DNA of 64,000 nucleotides from an uncultured Gemmatimonadales bacterium (GTDB lineage Bacteria > Gemmatimonadota > Gemmatimonadetes > Longimicrobiales > RSA9). Position 1 is the first letter of the stretch; each line of letters begins with the position of its first letter. Below are positions 41,388-54,751 of the stretch, in pieces. The position numbers were made by a program, and so were the translations under genes. The stretch spans positions 1 through 64,000 of the forward strand of contig CAWAMW010000002.1 in assembly GCA_963783305.1 (NCBI GenBank). The letters are read 5' to 3'. A model generated the notes under the pieces. That model was given only the letters and a program-made list of their open reading frames with translations. It searched no databases and was not told where the DNA came from.

Positions 41388-43511
41388 CTACATGGATTTC
41401 AGCACGATCGAAACCGGCTGTCCCGCCAGCTCGCGCCGCACCACAATGTGGGGCTCCGCCTTCGTCACCCAGACCGTCATGGGCTGCGGTCCACCGAGCT
41501 CGAGGCGGTAGGTCTCGAACGTGCCCGCGGGCACCTCCACGGTCTCTTCCCCCGCCGCGGAGGCGCTCATGCTCTCAATGGCGCCCGCTCCCGTGAGGAC
41601 CTGTAGCGTCATCTCGCCCGCATTCTCGAAATCGGTGACAGCCAGGGCAATGTCGAACTGACCCTCCAGCGCCGTGCCGGGGGCCACCTCGACATCGACC
41701 TTCTGCGGTCCGCGCTGCATGTCGAGCGCTGTCCCCACCGCGCGACCGTCGCGGATCTCGACCTCGAACTCGCCCATGGCGCCCGCGGAGGTCGTGGTCC
41801 GCAGCGGCGCGAAGGTGAGCGCGTGGAACTCGGTGGTCTGACTGACGGTCATCCCCGGCATTTGCTGCTCGGTCACCACCGCGAACGCCTCGCCATCCCG
41901 GGTCCAGCGGGTGACCATGGTCCCCACTTCGTTGCCCTGGAACATGATGCCGTACAGCATTTCCAGGGGCCGCAGCTCGGACGCGTCGTAGCGCACGGCG
42001 GCCGCGGCATCGGCGGCGGCGGCGAGAGCCGCCACATCCACCGGCTCGCCCTCGGCATCGACGACCTCGACCCGGTCGGCGAACGGGCGGAGCGAGTCCA
42101 GCACCTTCAGCGCATCGCCCACCACCACCACCAGCATGCGGTCCGGATGGATGTTCTCGCGCGCGGCCTCGGCGACGTCCGCGACGTCCACCGCCGCGAC
42201 CCGGCTCCGATACTCGGTGAGATAGCTGTCCGGCCGGCGCAGGAGCCGGTTTCGCGCCACCTGACTCGCCACATCCTGCGGCGTCTCGATGCCAAGCGGG
42301 AAGGAGCCGGTGAGGTAGAGCTTCGCGTTCTCCAGGTCCGCCTGCGGGATGTCCCCCGCACGGAGGCGCTCGGCCAGGTCGAGCATGATCATGAGGGAGC
42401 TGTCCGCGACCTCGTTGCGGAACTCGCCCGTCATGAGGAAGGTGCCGGGGCCCTGACGCTCACTCATGGAGCTGTAGGCCCCGTAGGTGTAGCCCTTCTC
42501 CTCGCGCAGCACCTTCATCATCCAGGCGGTGAACTGGGCGGAACCGGAGCCGAGCACCTGGTTCGCTGCGTCCAGCGTCGCCCAGTCGGCGTCCGTGGCG
42601 CTCGGCAGCAGGTGACCGATGCGGATCACGGCCTGGACCGATCCGGGCTTGTGCACGAACACCATCGTGCGGTCCGACCGCGTGGGTGGCGGAGCGTGCT
42701 CCGAATCCAGCGCGGCTCGGCCCTCCCAGCCGGCGAACGCCTGCTCCAGACCGGCGGCAATCGCGTCCGGGTCCACCGCGCCGGCCACCACGAAGAGCGC
42801 GTCTTCGGGCCGGTACGCCCGCTCGTGGTATCGCGCCAGCGCCGTCGCGTCGATGGCCTCAATGCTCTCCACCGTGGCCGTACGGCCGTACGGGTGCTCG
42901 CCGTAAACGCCCTCCACGAACGCCCGCTGCGCCAGCGCGGATGGCTGCGACTTCTCGAGCTTCAGTGCAGTGATCCGCCGCTGCTTCTCCGTCTCCAGCT
43001 CGGCAGCCGGGAAGACCGGGTCCAGGACCACGTCGCTCAGCAGGTCCAGGCCCTCGTCGAGAAACTCGGTGATGGTGGTGAGATAGACGCTGGTCCATTC
43101 CGGGGAGGCGCCGGCGCCCAGCGAGGCGCCGATGAAGTCCACGGCCTCCGCCAGCTCCAGGGCGTTCATGGACCCGGTGCCCTTGTTGATCTGGGACGCC
43201 GTCAGACTCGCCAGACCCGTCCGGTCGGCGGGGTCGGCGGCGGATCCGCCGGGCATCAGGAGCTGCACCGTGACCACCGGCTGCTCGTGGTTCTCCACCA
43301 CGATGAGGCGAGCGCCGATGCTGAGCGTGCGCTCGTCGTACTCGGGGAACGAGACATCCTGCACCGGCAGCGGCGCGGGCGCCTCGGACGGGAAGGAACG
43401 CTCGGGCGCGGGGGCCGGCGGCGCCGGCGTATCCACGGTGTGGGCTCCGCCGCACGCGGTCAGCGCCAGCGCGAGGCCGGCGGTGGGGATCAGTCGTCGC
43501 ATATCCATCAT
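41388..43511 (-). CDS. M16 (pitrilysin/insulinase) family lipoprotein, non-catalytic subunit with C-terminal extension
   Basis: Lipobox LTAC; M16 N and C domains lacking HxxEH; LREEKGYTYG; about 200 aa extra beta-rich C-terminus. Confidence 0.85.
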   Translation of the reverse strand: MMDMRRLIPTAGLALALTACGGAHTVDTPAPPAPAPERSFPSEAPAPLPVQDVSFPEYDERTLSIGARLIVVENHEQPVVTVQLLMPGGSAADPADRTGLASLTASQINKGTGSMNALELAEAVDFIGASLGAGASPEWTSVYLTTITEFLDEGLDLLSDVVLDPVFPAAELETEKQRRITALKLEKSQPSALAQRAFVEGVYGEHPYGRTATVESIEAIDATALARYHERAYRPEDALFVVAGAVDPDAIAAGLEQAFAGWEGRAALDSEHAPPPTRSDRTMVFVHKPGSVQAVIRIGHLLPSATDADWATLDAANQVLGSGSAQFTAWMMKVLREEKGYTYGAYSSMSERQGPGTFLMTGEFRNEVADSSLMIMLDLAERLRAGDIPQADLENAKLYLTGSFPLGIETPQDVASQVARNRLLRRPDSYLTEYRSRVAAVDVADVAEAARENIHPDRMLVVVVGDALKVLDSLRPFADRVEVVDAEGEPVDVAALAAAADAAAAVRYDASELRPLEMLYGIMFQGNEVGTMVTRWTRDGEAFAVVTEQQMPGMTVSQTTEFHALTFAPLRTTTSAGAMGEFEVEIRDGRAVGTALDMQRGPQKVDVEVAPGTALEGQFDIALAVTDFENAGEMTLQVLTGAGAIESMSASAAGEETVEVPAGTFETYRLELGGPQPMTVWVTKAEPHIVVRRELAGQPVSIVLKSM

Positions 43512-43537
43512 GTTCTCCTCGTTCGCGGTGCGGCGAG

Positions 43538-44872
43538 TCAGTTGGACGCGCCGGCAGGGACCGTGATGACCACGGTCCGGTTGTCCGGCGTGATGTAGGT
43601 GCGGGCGACCCGGATGATGTCGTCGACGGTGACCGTCATGTACTCATCCAGCGCCCTGTTGATCTCGGAGACATCCCCGCTGGCGCGGTACCGCTGCAGC
43701 ATGCTCGCCTTCGATCTCACCTGGAGCCGGCTCCTGATGATGCCGGACCGCGTCTGGTTGCGGGCCTTCTCGAGCTCCCGCTCCGATACGCCCTCCTCCC
43801 GGATCCGCTCCAGCTCTTCCCACACCAACGACTCCAGCGCATCCACCTGGACCCCCTGGTTCGGGAGCGCGTAGACGCTCAACGAGCCCGGCCCGAGGCC
43901 ACTCGAGGCGCCCCCGAAGACCTGCAGCGCCGCCCGCTCCTCCTTCACCAGCCGCTGGTTCATCCGGCTCGACTCGCCCGTCATGAGGATGCGGCCCAGA
44001 AGCTCCAACGCGGGCGTGTCCTCATGGCCTTCCGGTGGCGTGGTGTATGCCGTCATGAGCAGCGGCAGCGTCGCCTTCTCGTCCTCCAGCGTCACGCGGC
44101 GCTCCCCGTCGGTGCGCGGCGTCGCCGGGACCGGCGGCAGCGGCTCCATCTCGGGACCCCGCGGGATCTGGGCGAAGTACGCCTCGGCCAGCTCCCGGAT
44201 CTGCTCGGTGGTCACATCCCCGGCCACGACCACCGCAGCGTTGTTGGGGACGTAGAATCGCTCGTAGAACTCGCGGGCGTCCTGGGCGGTGCCGGCATCC
44301 AGGTCGTCCATGGACCCGATGACCGTGTGACGGTACGGCTTCCAGTCCGCGCTGAGTGTATCGAACGTCATCATGGCCTGGCCGTACGGCTGGTTGTCCA
44401 CGCTCCGCCGCCGCTCCTCCTTCACAACCTCCCGCTCGCGCTGGAAGTTCTCCTCGTTGATGACCAGGTTGTGCATGCGGTCCGCCTCCAGCCAGAGCGC
44501 CACGTTCACCTGGTTCGACGGGAGAGTCTCGAAGTAGGCGGTCCGGTCCTTGTTGGTGGTGCCGTTCAGGTTTCCGCCCGCCCGGTTTACGTAGGCGTCG
44601 AACTCCCCCTTCTCGATGTTCTGGGTGTTGATGAACATCATGTGCTCGAAGAGGTGGGCGAAGCCGCTTCGACCCTCCGGCTCGTGGGCGCTGCCCACGT
44701 CGTACCAGACCTCCACGTGGACCACGGGGACCGAGTGGTCCTCGTGGACGATGAACTCCAGGCCGTTGTCGAGCGTGAAGGTCTCGTACTCGATGGGCGG
44801 CGCGCCCTGGGCGCTCGCTCCCGCGGCGAACGCGAGGGCGAGGGCGGCGTGCAGAATGCTGCGTGCACTCAT
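43538..44872 (-). CDS. M16 family zinc peptidase, catalytic subunit
   Basis: Signal peptide; YDVGS, GFAHLFEHMMF (HxxEH), NGTT, EREVVKEERR. Confidence 0.92.
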   Translation of the reverse strand: MSARSILHAALALAFAAGASAQGAPPIEYETFTLDNGLEFIVHEDHSVPVVHVEVWYDVGSAHEPEGRSGFAHLFEHMMFINTQNIEKGEFDAYVNRAGGNLNGTTNKDRTAYFETLPSNQVNVALWLEADRMHNLVINEENFQREREVVKEERRRSVDNQPYGQAMMTFDTLSADWKPYRHTVIGSMDDLDAGTAQDAREFYERFYVPNNAAVVVAGDVTTEQIRELAEAYFAQIPRGPEMEPLPPVPATPRTDGERRVTLEDEKATLPLLMTAYTTPPEGHEDTPALELLGRILMTGESSRMNQRLVKEERAALQVFGGASSGLGPGSLSVYALPNQGVQVDALESLVWEELERIREEGVSERELEKARNQTRSGIIRSRLQVRSKASMLQRYRASGDVSEINRALDEYMTVTVDDIIRVARTYITPDNRTVVITVPAGASN

Positions 44873-44961
44873 GATATCTCCTGGGAATGCGTTCCGGCGG
44901 GGGCTGGTACTCCTCGAATAGAGTACCGGCCCGCTGCCGCTATTTCAACCAGTGCAGCGTA

Positions 44962-47928
44962 TTACGAGGCGGGTGTGGCGCCCAGCGCCCGGACCACACC
45001 GGCGGTCAGCGCGGCCGGTGTGAAGGGCTTCGCCAGGAAGCCGGAATCGTCGAACGAGTCGGCGAGCAGGTCCTCGTCGTAGCCTGACATGAACAGGAGC
45101 GGCAGCCTGGGATTTCCACGGCGCAGGTGCACCGCGAGCTCTCGGCCGCCCATGTCGGGCATGACCATGTCGGTGACGACGAGGTCGATCTGCCCGTCGT
45201 ACTCTTCGATCACCCGCAGCGCGTCCGCCCCATTCTCGGCGGAGAGCACCGTGCAGCCAGCCCGCTCCAGGACCCGAACCGCGAGCTTTCGCACGGCCTT
45301 CTCGTCCTCCACCACCAGGACCGTCCCCCGCGGCTGGTCGCCGACGAGCTCCGAGGTCGAACCAGCCGCGGACACGGGCGCCGCCTCCACCTGGGGGAGG
45401 ATGACATCGCAGCGGGTGCCGACCCCCGGCCTGCTCTCCGCCAGCACGTGCCCCCCCGACTGCTTCACGATTCCGAACACCGTCGCCAGCCCGAGGCCCG
45501 TACCCTTCCCCTGCTCCTTGGTGGTGAAGAAGGGCTCGAACGCGTGCGCCAGCGTTTTGGCGTCCATCCCGGTGCCGGTATCGGAAACGCGGATCCGGAC
45601 GAACGGGCCCACGGCCACTTCCCAGCGGCCAATGCGAGGGTCGCCGGGCTCCAGCGTGAGCGTGTCGGTCTCCATGGTTATGGTGCCCCCGTCGGGCATG
45701 GCATCGCGCGCGTTCACGACGAGGTTCATGAGCACCTGCTCGAGTTGGCCGCGGTCGGCGCGCACGCGGATCGCCTCCTGCGTCAGCCCCGTCTCCACCC
45801 GGATGTGCTCCCCGATCAGCCGCCTGAGCATCGCGTGGACCTCCAGCACGACCGCGTTCGGGTCCAGCAGCTGCGGGTGGAGGACCTGCCGCCGACTGTA
45901 CGCCAACAGCTGCTGCGTGAGCGAGGCCGCGCGCGTGCCCGCCTTCTCGATCTCCAGCAGGTCCTGCTGCAGCGGGTGGTCGGCGCCCATGTCCTCCAGC
46001 GCGAACCGGGCGTGGCCATTGATCACCGTCAGCAGATTGTTGAAGTCGTGAGCGATGCCGCCCGCCAGCTTTCCCACCGCCTCCAGCTTGTGCGCGTGAC
46101 GGAGCTCCTCCTCCCGCTCCCGCAGCGCCCGCTCCGCTTCGACCCGATCACCGATGTCGCGGTAAACGCCGTACAGCTGTTCCCGCTCCCCCGGGATCGG
46201 GAGGCTCCGCGCCAGCACCGAGACGTCCACGGCCGTGCCATCCTTGTGGCACCGGACCGTCTCCGTCCGCAACCGCCCGCCCTCGCGGGCCGCCAGGTTG
46301 AGCTGCGACCCCTCCCACTTCAGGTGGTCCGGCACGATCAGGTCGTTCAGGTTACGACCCACCGCCTCCTCGGCGCTGTACCCGAACATGCGCGTGAACT
46401 CGCCGTTCACCCGCAGCACCCGGTCCGTCTCCGCTTCCACCAGCACGATCCCCTCCGGCGACGCCTCGAACAGGTCGGCGAAATAGCGACGCTGCACCTC
46501 CAGCTCCTGCTTCACGCGCGTCTGCTCCGTCACGTCCAGCGCCACGCCGAACCCGCCCACCACCTGACCCTGCTCGAAGATCGGGATGCTGACGCCACGG
46601 ACCTCCGCGGGCACGCCCTCGACGCCCAGGACCGCCAACTCGTACTCCGTGGAGTCACCGGCCAGCACCGACGCGAACACCACCCGCGCCTGGTCCATCT
46701 CGCCGGGGTCCAGCACCTCCGCGAAGGAACGACCCCGCAGCTCCTCGCCCGTCCTGCCCACCAGCCGCTCGCCCGCCGGGTTCAGCGCGACGATGTGCCC
46801 GGCGAGGTCGAACTCGTAGAGGATCCCGGGGTTGTGCCAGAAGAGGGCGCTGTAGCGACGCTCGATCGCCTGCAGCGCCCGATCCGCCTCCAACCGCTCC
46901 TCCATGTCGCGCGCCACGACCACAGCCCCGACCACACGACCGCCAACATGCAGCGGCTCGGTGGACACACTCACCGCCAGTCCGCCCGCAGGCGTGCGTA
47001 TCGCCAGGTCCAGGTCCCGCTGCGGCGTCCCCGGGTCCAGCAACCACCGCTCGCGCTGCCGGTCCCAGCGATAGCCGAACAGCTCGTCCACCGCCACGGA
47101 CATGAGCTCCTCGGCGGTCCGACCCAGGAGCCGCCGAGCCGCCGGATTGCTGCCCCGCACACGGCCGCCGCTGTCGCACACCAGCACCACGTCCGACATG
47201 GCCCGGAGGACCGCATCGGTCCCAAACGAATGCGACAGCAGGAACACCCGGTAGCGACCCGCTATGACGGCGGCCATGCTGAGCGCCAGCACGAAGACGA
47301 TCGGCGTAAGCAGCCCCACCCGGAACGGGTCTGTCGGGAGCCAGTAGTCCAGCAGAGTAAATGATGCGATGATGGCCGCGACCGTGAGCAGCACCGCCTC
47401 CTCGCGCTCCTCCCGCGTCGCCGCCCGTTTCCGATTCCTCGCCAGGTCCCGCACGCCGATGGCGAGCAGGCCCAGCACGAAGGCGAAGTACAGCGCCCCG
47501 AGCCAGCCCCAACCATCGAGGGTGTATCCACGCGTCAGCGACTGGAGCCCACGCACCACCCAGGGGCCCGCCACACTGAGCCCCCCCAGTACGCCGGCGG
47601 TCAGCCAGGCGGCCGTTTGCGCTCGCGAGCGCCGGACCGGCACCAGTCCGGAGGCGAACCAGTACATGGCCGGCGCTGTGAACGGATCGATGGTGAACGC
47701 GACCCGCAGCCAGAGCTCGGTCGTTTGCGCGTCCGCGGCCATGACCGCCACGCCCAGCGGCGCCAGCCAGCCAGCGGTGATGGAGGTGAGGAGGAAGAAG
47801 CGGCGGCTCGTCTCCGCGAACCGTTCGTACAGCATGATCCCGGCACCGAACGCAAACATGGCCAGCGCTGCCACGAAATACAGCAGCGCCAGCGGCTCCC
47901 ACGTGTAGTAGACCGGGTCCAGGATCAT
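44962..47928 (-). CDS. Hybrid sensor histidine kinase (7TM, three PAS, HisKA, HATPase, receiver)
   Basis: Multiple TM helices, PAS repeats, GKLAGGIAHDFNNLL, NLVVNARDAM, DTGTGM, FEPFFTTK, GTGLGL, VVTDMVMP; start 47928 or 47982. Confidence 0.93.
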   Translation of the reverse strand: MILDPVYYTWEPLALLYFVAALAMFAFGAGIMLYERFAETSRRFFLLTSITAGWLAPLGVAVMAADAQTTELWLRVAFTIDPFTAPAMYWFASGLVPVRRSRAQTAAWLTAGVLGGLSVAGPWVVRGLQSLTRGYTLDGWGWLGALYFAFVLGLLAIGVRDLARNRKRAATREEREEAVLLTVAAIIASFTLLDYWLPTDPFRVGLLTPIVFVLALSMAAVIAGRYRVFLLSHSFGTDAVLRAMSDVVLVCDSGGRVRGSNPAARRLLGRTAEELMSVAVDELFGYRWDRQRERWLLDPGTPQRDLDLAIRTPAGGLAVSVSTEPLHVGGRVVGAVVVARDMEERLEADRALQAIERRYSALFWHNPGILYEFDLAGHIVALNPAGERLVGRTGEELRGRSFAEVLDPGEMDQARVVFASVLAGDSTEYELAVLGVEGVPAEVRGVSIPIFEQGQVVGGFGVALDVTEQTRVKQELEVQRRYFADLFEASPEGIVLVEAETDRVLRVNGEFTRMFGYSAEEAVGRNLNDLIVPDHLKWEGSQLNLAAREGGRLRTETVRCHKDGTAVDVSVLARSLPIPGEREQLYGVYRDIGDRVEAERALREREEELRHAHKLEAVGKLAGGIAHDFNNLLTVINGHARFALEDMGADHPLQQDLLEIEKAGTRAASLTQQLLAYSRRQVLHPQLLDPNAVVLEVHAMLRRLIGEHIRVETGLTQEAIRVRADRGQLEQVLMNLVVNARDAMPDGGTITMETDTLTLEPGDPRIGRWEVAVGPFVRIRVSDTGTGMDAKTLAHAFEPFFTTKEQGKGTGLGLATVFGIVKQSGGHVLAESRPGVGTRCDVILPQVEAAPVSAAGSTSELVGDQPRGTVLVVEDEKAVRKLAVRVLERAGCTVLSAENGADALRVIEEYDGQIDLVVTDMVMPDMGGRELAVHLRRGNPRLPLLFMSGYDEDLLADSFDDSGFLAKPFTPAALTAGVVRALGATPAS

Positions 47929-48023
47929 GAGTCGATTGGGTGGTTCTGGTTCACGGGGAAAGTATCGATCCCGCGGCGCCAAAGCTTGAGCGCCGGGAGA
48001 CTGGGCGCCTCAGGGTCACCGCG

Positions 48024-51080
<3,057 letters not shown>

Positions 51081-51317
51081 GGCATCCTCGTTCTCGAGCG
51101 TCGGTCGCTGGCGCCCGCGGTCGGCGGCGGCGCGCGTGCGCTCCCGCCACGGGCGCACCGGCAGCCTGGTTCCGGGCGAAGGGTGCTGTTACACCGCTGG
51201 CGCGAGAAGGTGCGGGGCGGTCGCCACTCCTCGACGCCGAACCGCCGGAGCCCCCGGGGCGGGGGGAGGAGAGGGCTGGAGGGCGCGACCAGCACAGAGG
51301 ACCGGTGCTCCACGGGT

Positions 51318-51361
51318 CCGCCACCCGCCCTCGACTCGCCCGCCACCCGCCCTCGACTCGG
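51318..51361 (+). repeat. 22-bp direct tandem duplication (CCGCCACCCGCCCTCGACTCGS x2)
   Basis: Copies at 51318-51339 and 51340-51361. Confidence 0.8.
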
Positions 51362-51493
51362 CCCCGACCGGACGAGTGGACCCATTCGGCTATTCTGCCG
51401 CCCCACGCTGCGACGCATGATGCTCCTCGTCGTCGGGCGGCGAGGACGTCAGGCCGGCGGCGAGGGCGTAGGGGGGGCGGCCCATGGCCTGGG

Positions 51494-51668
51494 GGTGGAC
51501 AACCCGCCGGGCGCGCGGCGACAGTCTCGCCGGGGGCGAATTGACCACCGCGGAGGTGGACAACCCGCCGGGCACACCGCGGCGGCCTCGCGCTGGGCGA
51601 ATTGACCACCGCGGAGGTGGACAACCCGCCGGGCACACCGCGGCGTCCCGCGCTCGGCGGGTTGACCA
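51494..51668 (+). repeat. ~3 x 61-bp tandem repeats containing hairpin GGCGAATTGACCACC-GCGGA-GGTGGACAACCCGCC
   Basis: GTGGACAACCCGCCGGGC at 51495, 51556, 51617; TTGACCA at 51541, 51602, 51662. Confidence 0.88.
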
Positions 51669-51714
51669 TTGCGACGAACGTCGCTCGATCATCACTCGCG
51701 ACCCTATCCCGAAC

Positions 51715-52635
51715 ATGTCACGCCTCACCGACGCCACCATCGATCGCATCGCCGCAAACCAGCACGGCGTAGTCACGCGCGCACAGCTCCTCGATGCTGG
51801 CGTGACCGGCCGCCAGGTCGAGCGACGACTCGCGGCCGGCCGGCTACATTCGCTGCACCGCGGCGTCTACCTCATCGGGACGCTACGCGGCCCGCTCGAG
51901 CCCGAGTTCGCCCCTGAGATGGCCGCGGTGCTCGCTTGCGGGTCGGGTGCGCTCGCGAGTCACGCCAGCGCGGCCCGTCTCTGGGAACTGGGACTGGTCC
52001 GGGGGCCCGGGTCGCCTGTGGAGGTGATGATACCGGCTCGGGTGCATCGGGAACGACGGGGAATTCGCGTCCACCGCGCCAGCGGGCTCACGCCCTCCGA
52101 CTGCTGCGTGCGTGACGGAATTCCCGTGACTACGCCGGGGCGCACCCTGCGGGACCTCTCCGCGCGCCTGGGAACGCAGGCATTGTCCCGCCTGATCGCG
52201 CGGGCGGAGCGGGAGGGGCTGCTCGACGATCAGGACCTCGCCGCCATGGTTGTCCGACACACAGGACGACGCGGGGCGCCGCTGCTGCGGGCCGTGGCCG
52301 GGCCGCATGCCGATCGCCCGTTCACGCGCTCGGAGGCCGAGAGACGGCTTCTGGGACTCGTGCGGTCCGGGGGCCTGCCCGCCCCAGCGACGAACGTGAT
52401 CGTGCTCGACCACGAGGTGGACTTCCTGTGGGCGGCGGAGCGGCTCATCGTCGAGGTCGATGGGTTCCGCTACCACGGGTCTCGGCCGGCCTTCGAGAAC
52501 GATCACCGTCGCGACGCCCGTCTGGTCGCGGGCGGGTACCGGGTCTTGCGATTCAGCTGGCGCCAGATCGTACACGAGCCCCGGAAGACTCTTGTTGCGC
52601 TTGCCCGAGCGCTCGCCGGGAGTACCGGTTTATGA
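51715..52635 (+). CDS. AbiEi-like N-terminal wHTH plus DUF559 (Vsr-like PD-(D/E)xK) endonuclease domain protein
   Basis: IAANQHGVVTRAQLLDAG...LHRGVY, ASHASAARLW, GIPVTTPGRTLRDL, TRSEAE, EVDFLW..ERLIVEVDGFRYH, DHRRDARL...GYRVLRFSW. Confidence 0.88.
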   Translation: MSRLTDATIDRIAANQHGVVTRAQLLDAGVTGRQVERRLAAGRLHSLHRGVYLIGTLRGPLEPEFAPEMAAVLACGSGALASHASAARLWELGLVRGPGSPVEVMIPARVHRERRGIRVHRASGLTPSDCCVRDGIPVTTPGRTLRDLSARLGTQALSRLIARAEREGLLDDQDLAAMVVRHTGRRGAPLLRAVAGPHADRPFTRSEAERRLLGLVRSGGLPAPATNVIVLDHEVDFLWAAERLIVEVDGFRYHGSRPAFENDHRRDARLVAGGYRVLRFSWRQIVHEPRKTLVALARALAGSTGL

Positions 52636-52721
52636 TTTGGCGGCGTACTTTCGACGCGTGCCGGTGGTCATCGCCGTGTCGTACCCACCAGGCACGCGAC
52701 CCGTCAGGAAGGGTGTGGCCG

Positions 52722-53051
52722 ATGCAGGCAAGGACGATACGAACCGTTCGGACCCGGAAGGGCGTGAGGGAATACACGCACCTGGGCTGCCCGCTCACGA
52801 AGAGCCGGACGGCGTGGTGCTACGGCCTGTGCGTGCCCGACGCGCGGGGGAACGGCGAGTGCGGCCGACTGGCCCCCCACGGCCTGAAGAGCCGGACCCA
52901 GTGCGCCATCGCGGACCACGCCCGGAAGACCGCGGGGGCCACGACGGGGGCCGCGTCGGGGGCCGCGTCGGGGGCCGCGACGGGGGCCGCGACGGGGGCC
53001 GCGACGGGGGCCGCGACGGGGGCCGGCGCGGGGGCCGCCACGCCGGAATAG
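52722..53051 (+). CDS. Small Cys-rich hypothetical protein with Gly/Ala/Thr repeat tail
   Basis: ATG 52722 after GGAAGGG; HLGCPLT..RTAWCYGLC.P...GECGR; tail encoded by a 12-bp tandem repeat. Confidence 0.65.
   Translation: MQARTIRTVRTRKGVREYTHLGCPLTKSRTAWCYGLCVPDARGNGECGRLAPHGLKSRTQCAIADHARKTAGATTGAASGAASGAATGAATGAATGAATGAGAGAATPE
52934..53041 (+). repeat. 12-bp VNTR (GGGGGCCGCGAC-like, ~9 copies) encoding GAAT/GAAS
   Basis: Directly visible tandem units inside the small ORF. Confidence 0.85.
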
Positions 53052-53073
53052 GCGCCGCGCCCCCGCGCCGGGC

Positions 53074-54666
<1,593 letters not shown>

Positions 54667-54751
54667 GGGCATATCCGTTCGATTACGGGTCTAGGTTGCG
54701 ATCCGTGCTGCTAAATTGAGAGAAGCGAGCGGGAGCGAGTGGGATCAGCCA

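Noticed and set aside
51494..51668. CRISPR mini-array
   Set aside because: Only ~3 units, linkers are related to each other (two nearly identical), and no cas genes; kept as a hairpin repeat instead.
51715..53051. Complete type IV (AbiE) toxin-antitoxin operon
   Set aside because: No downstream nucleotidyltransferase (AbiEii, GGT...D motif) gene is present.
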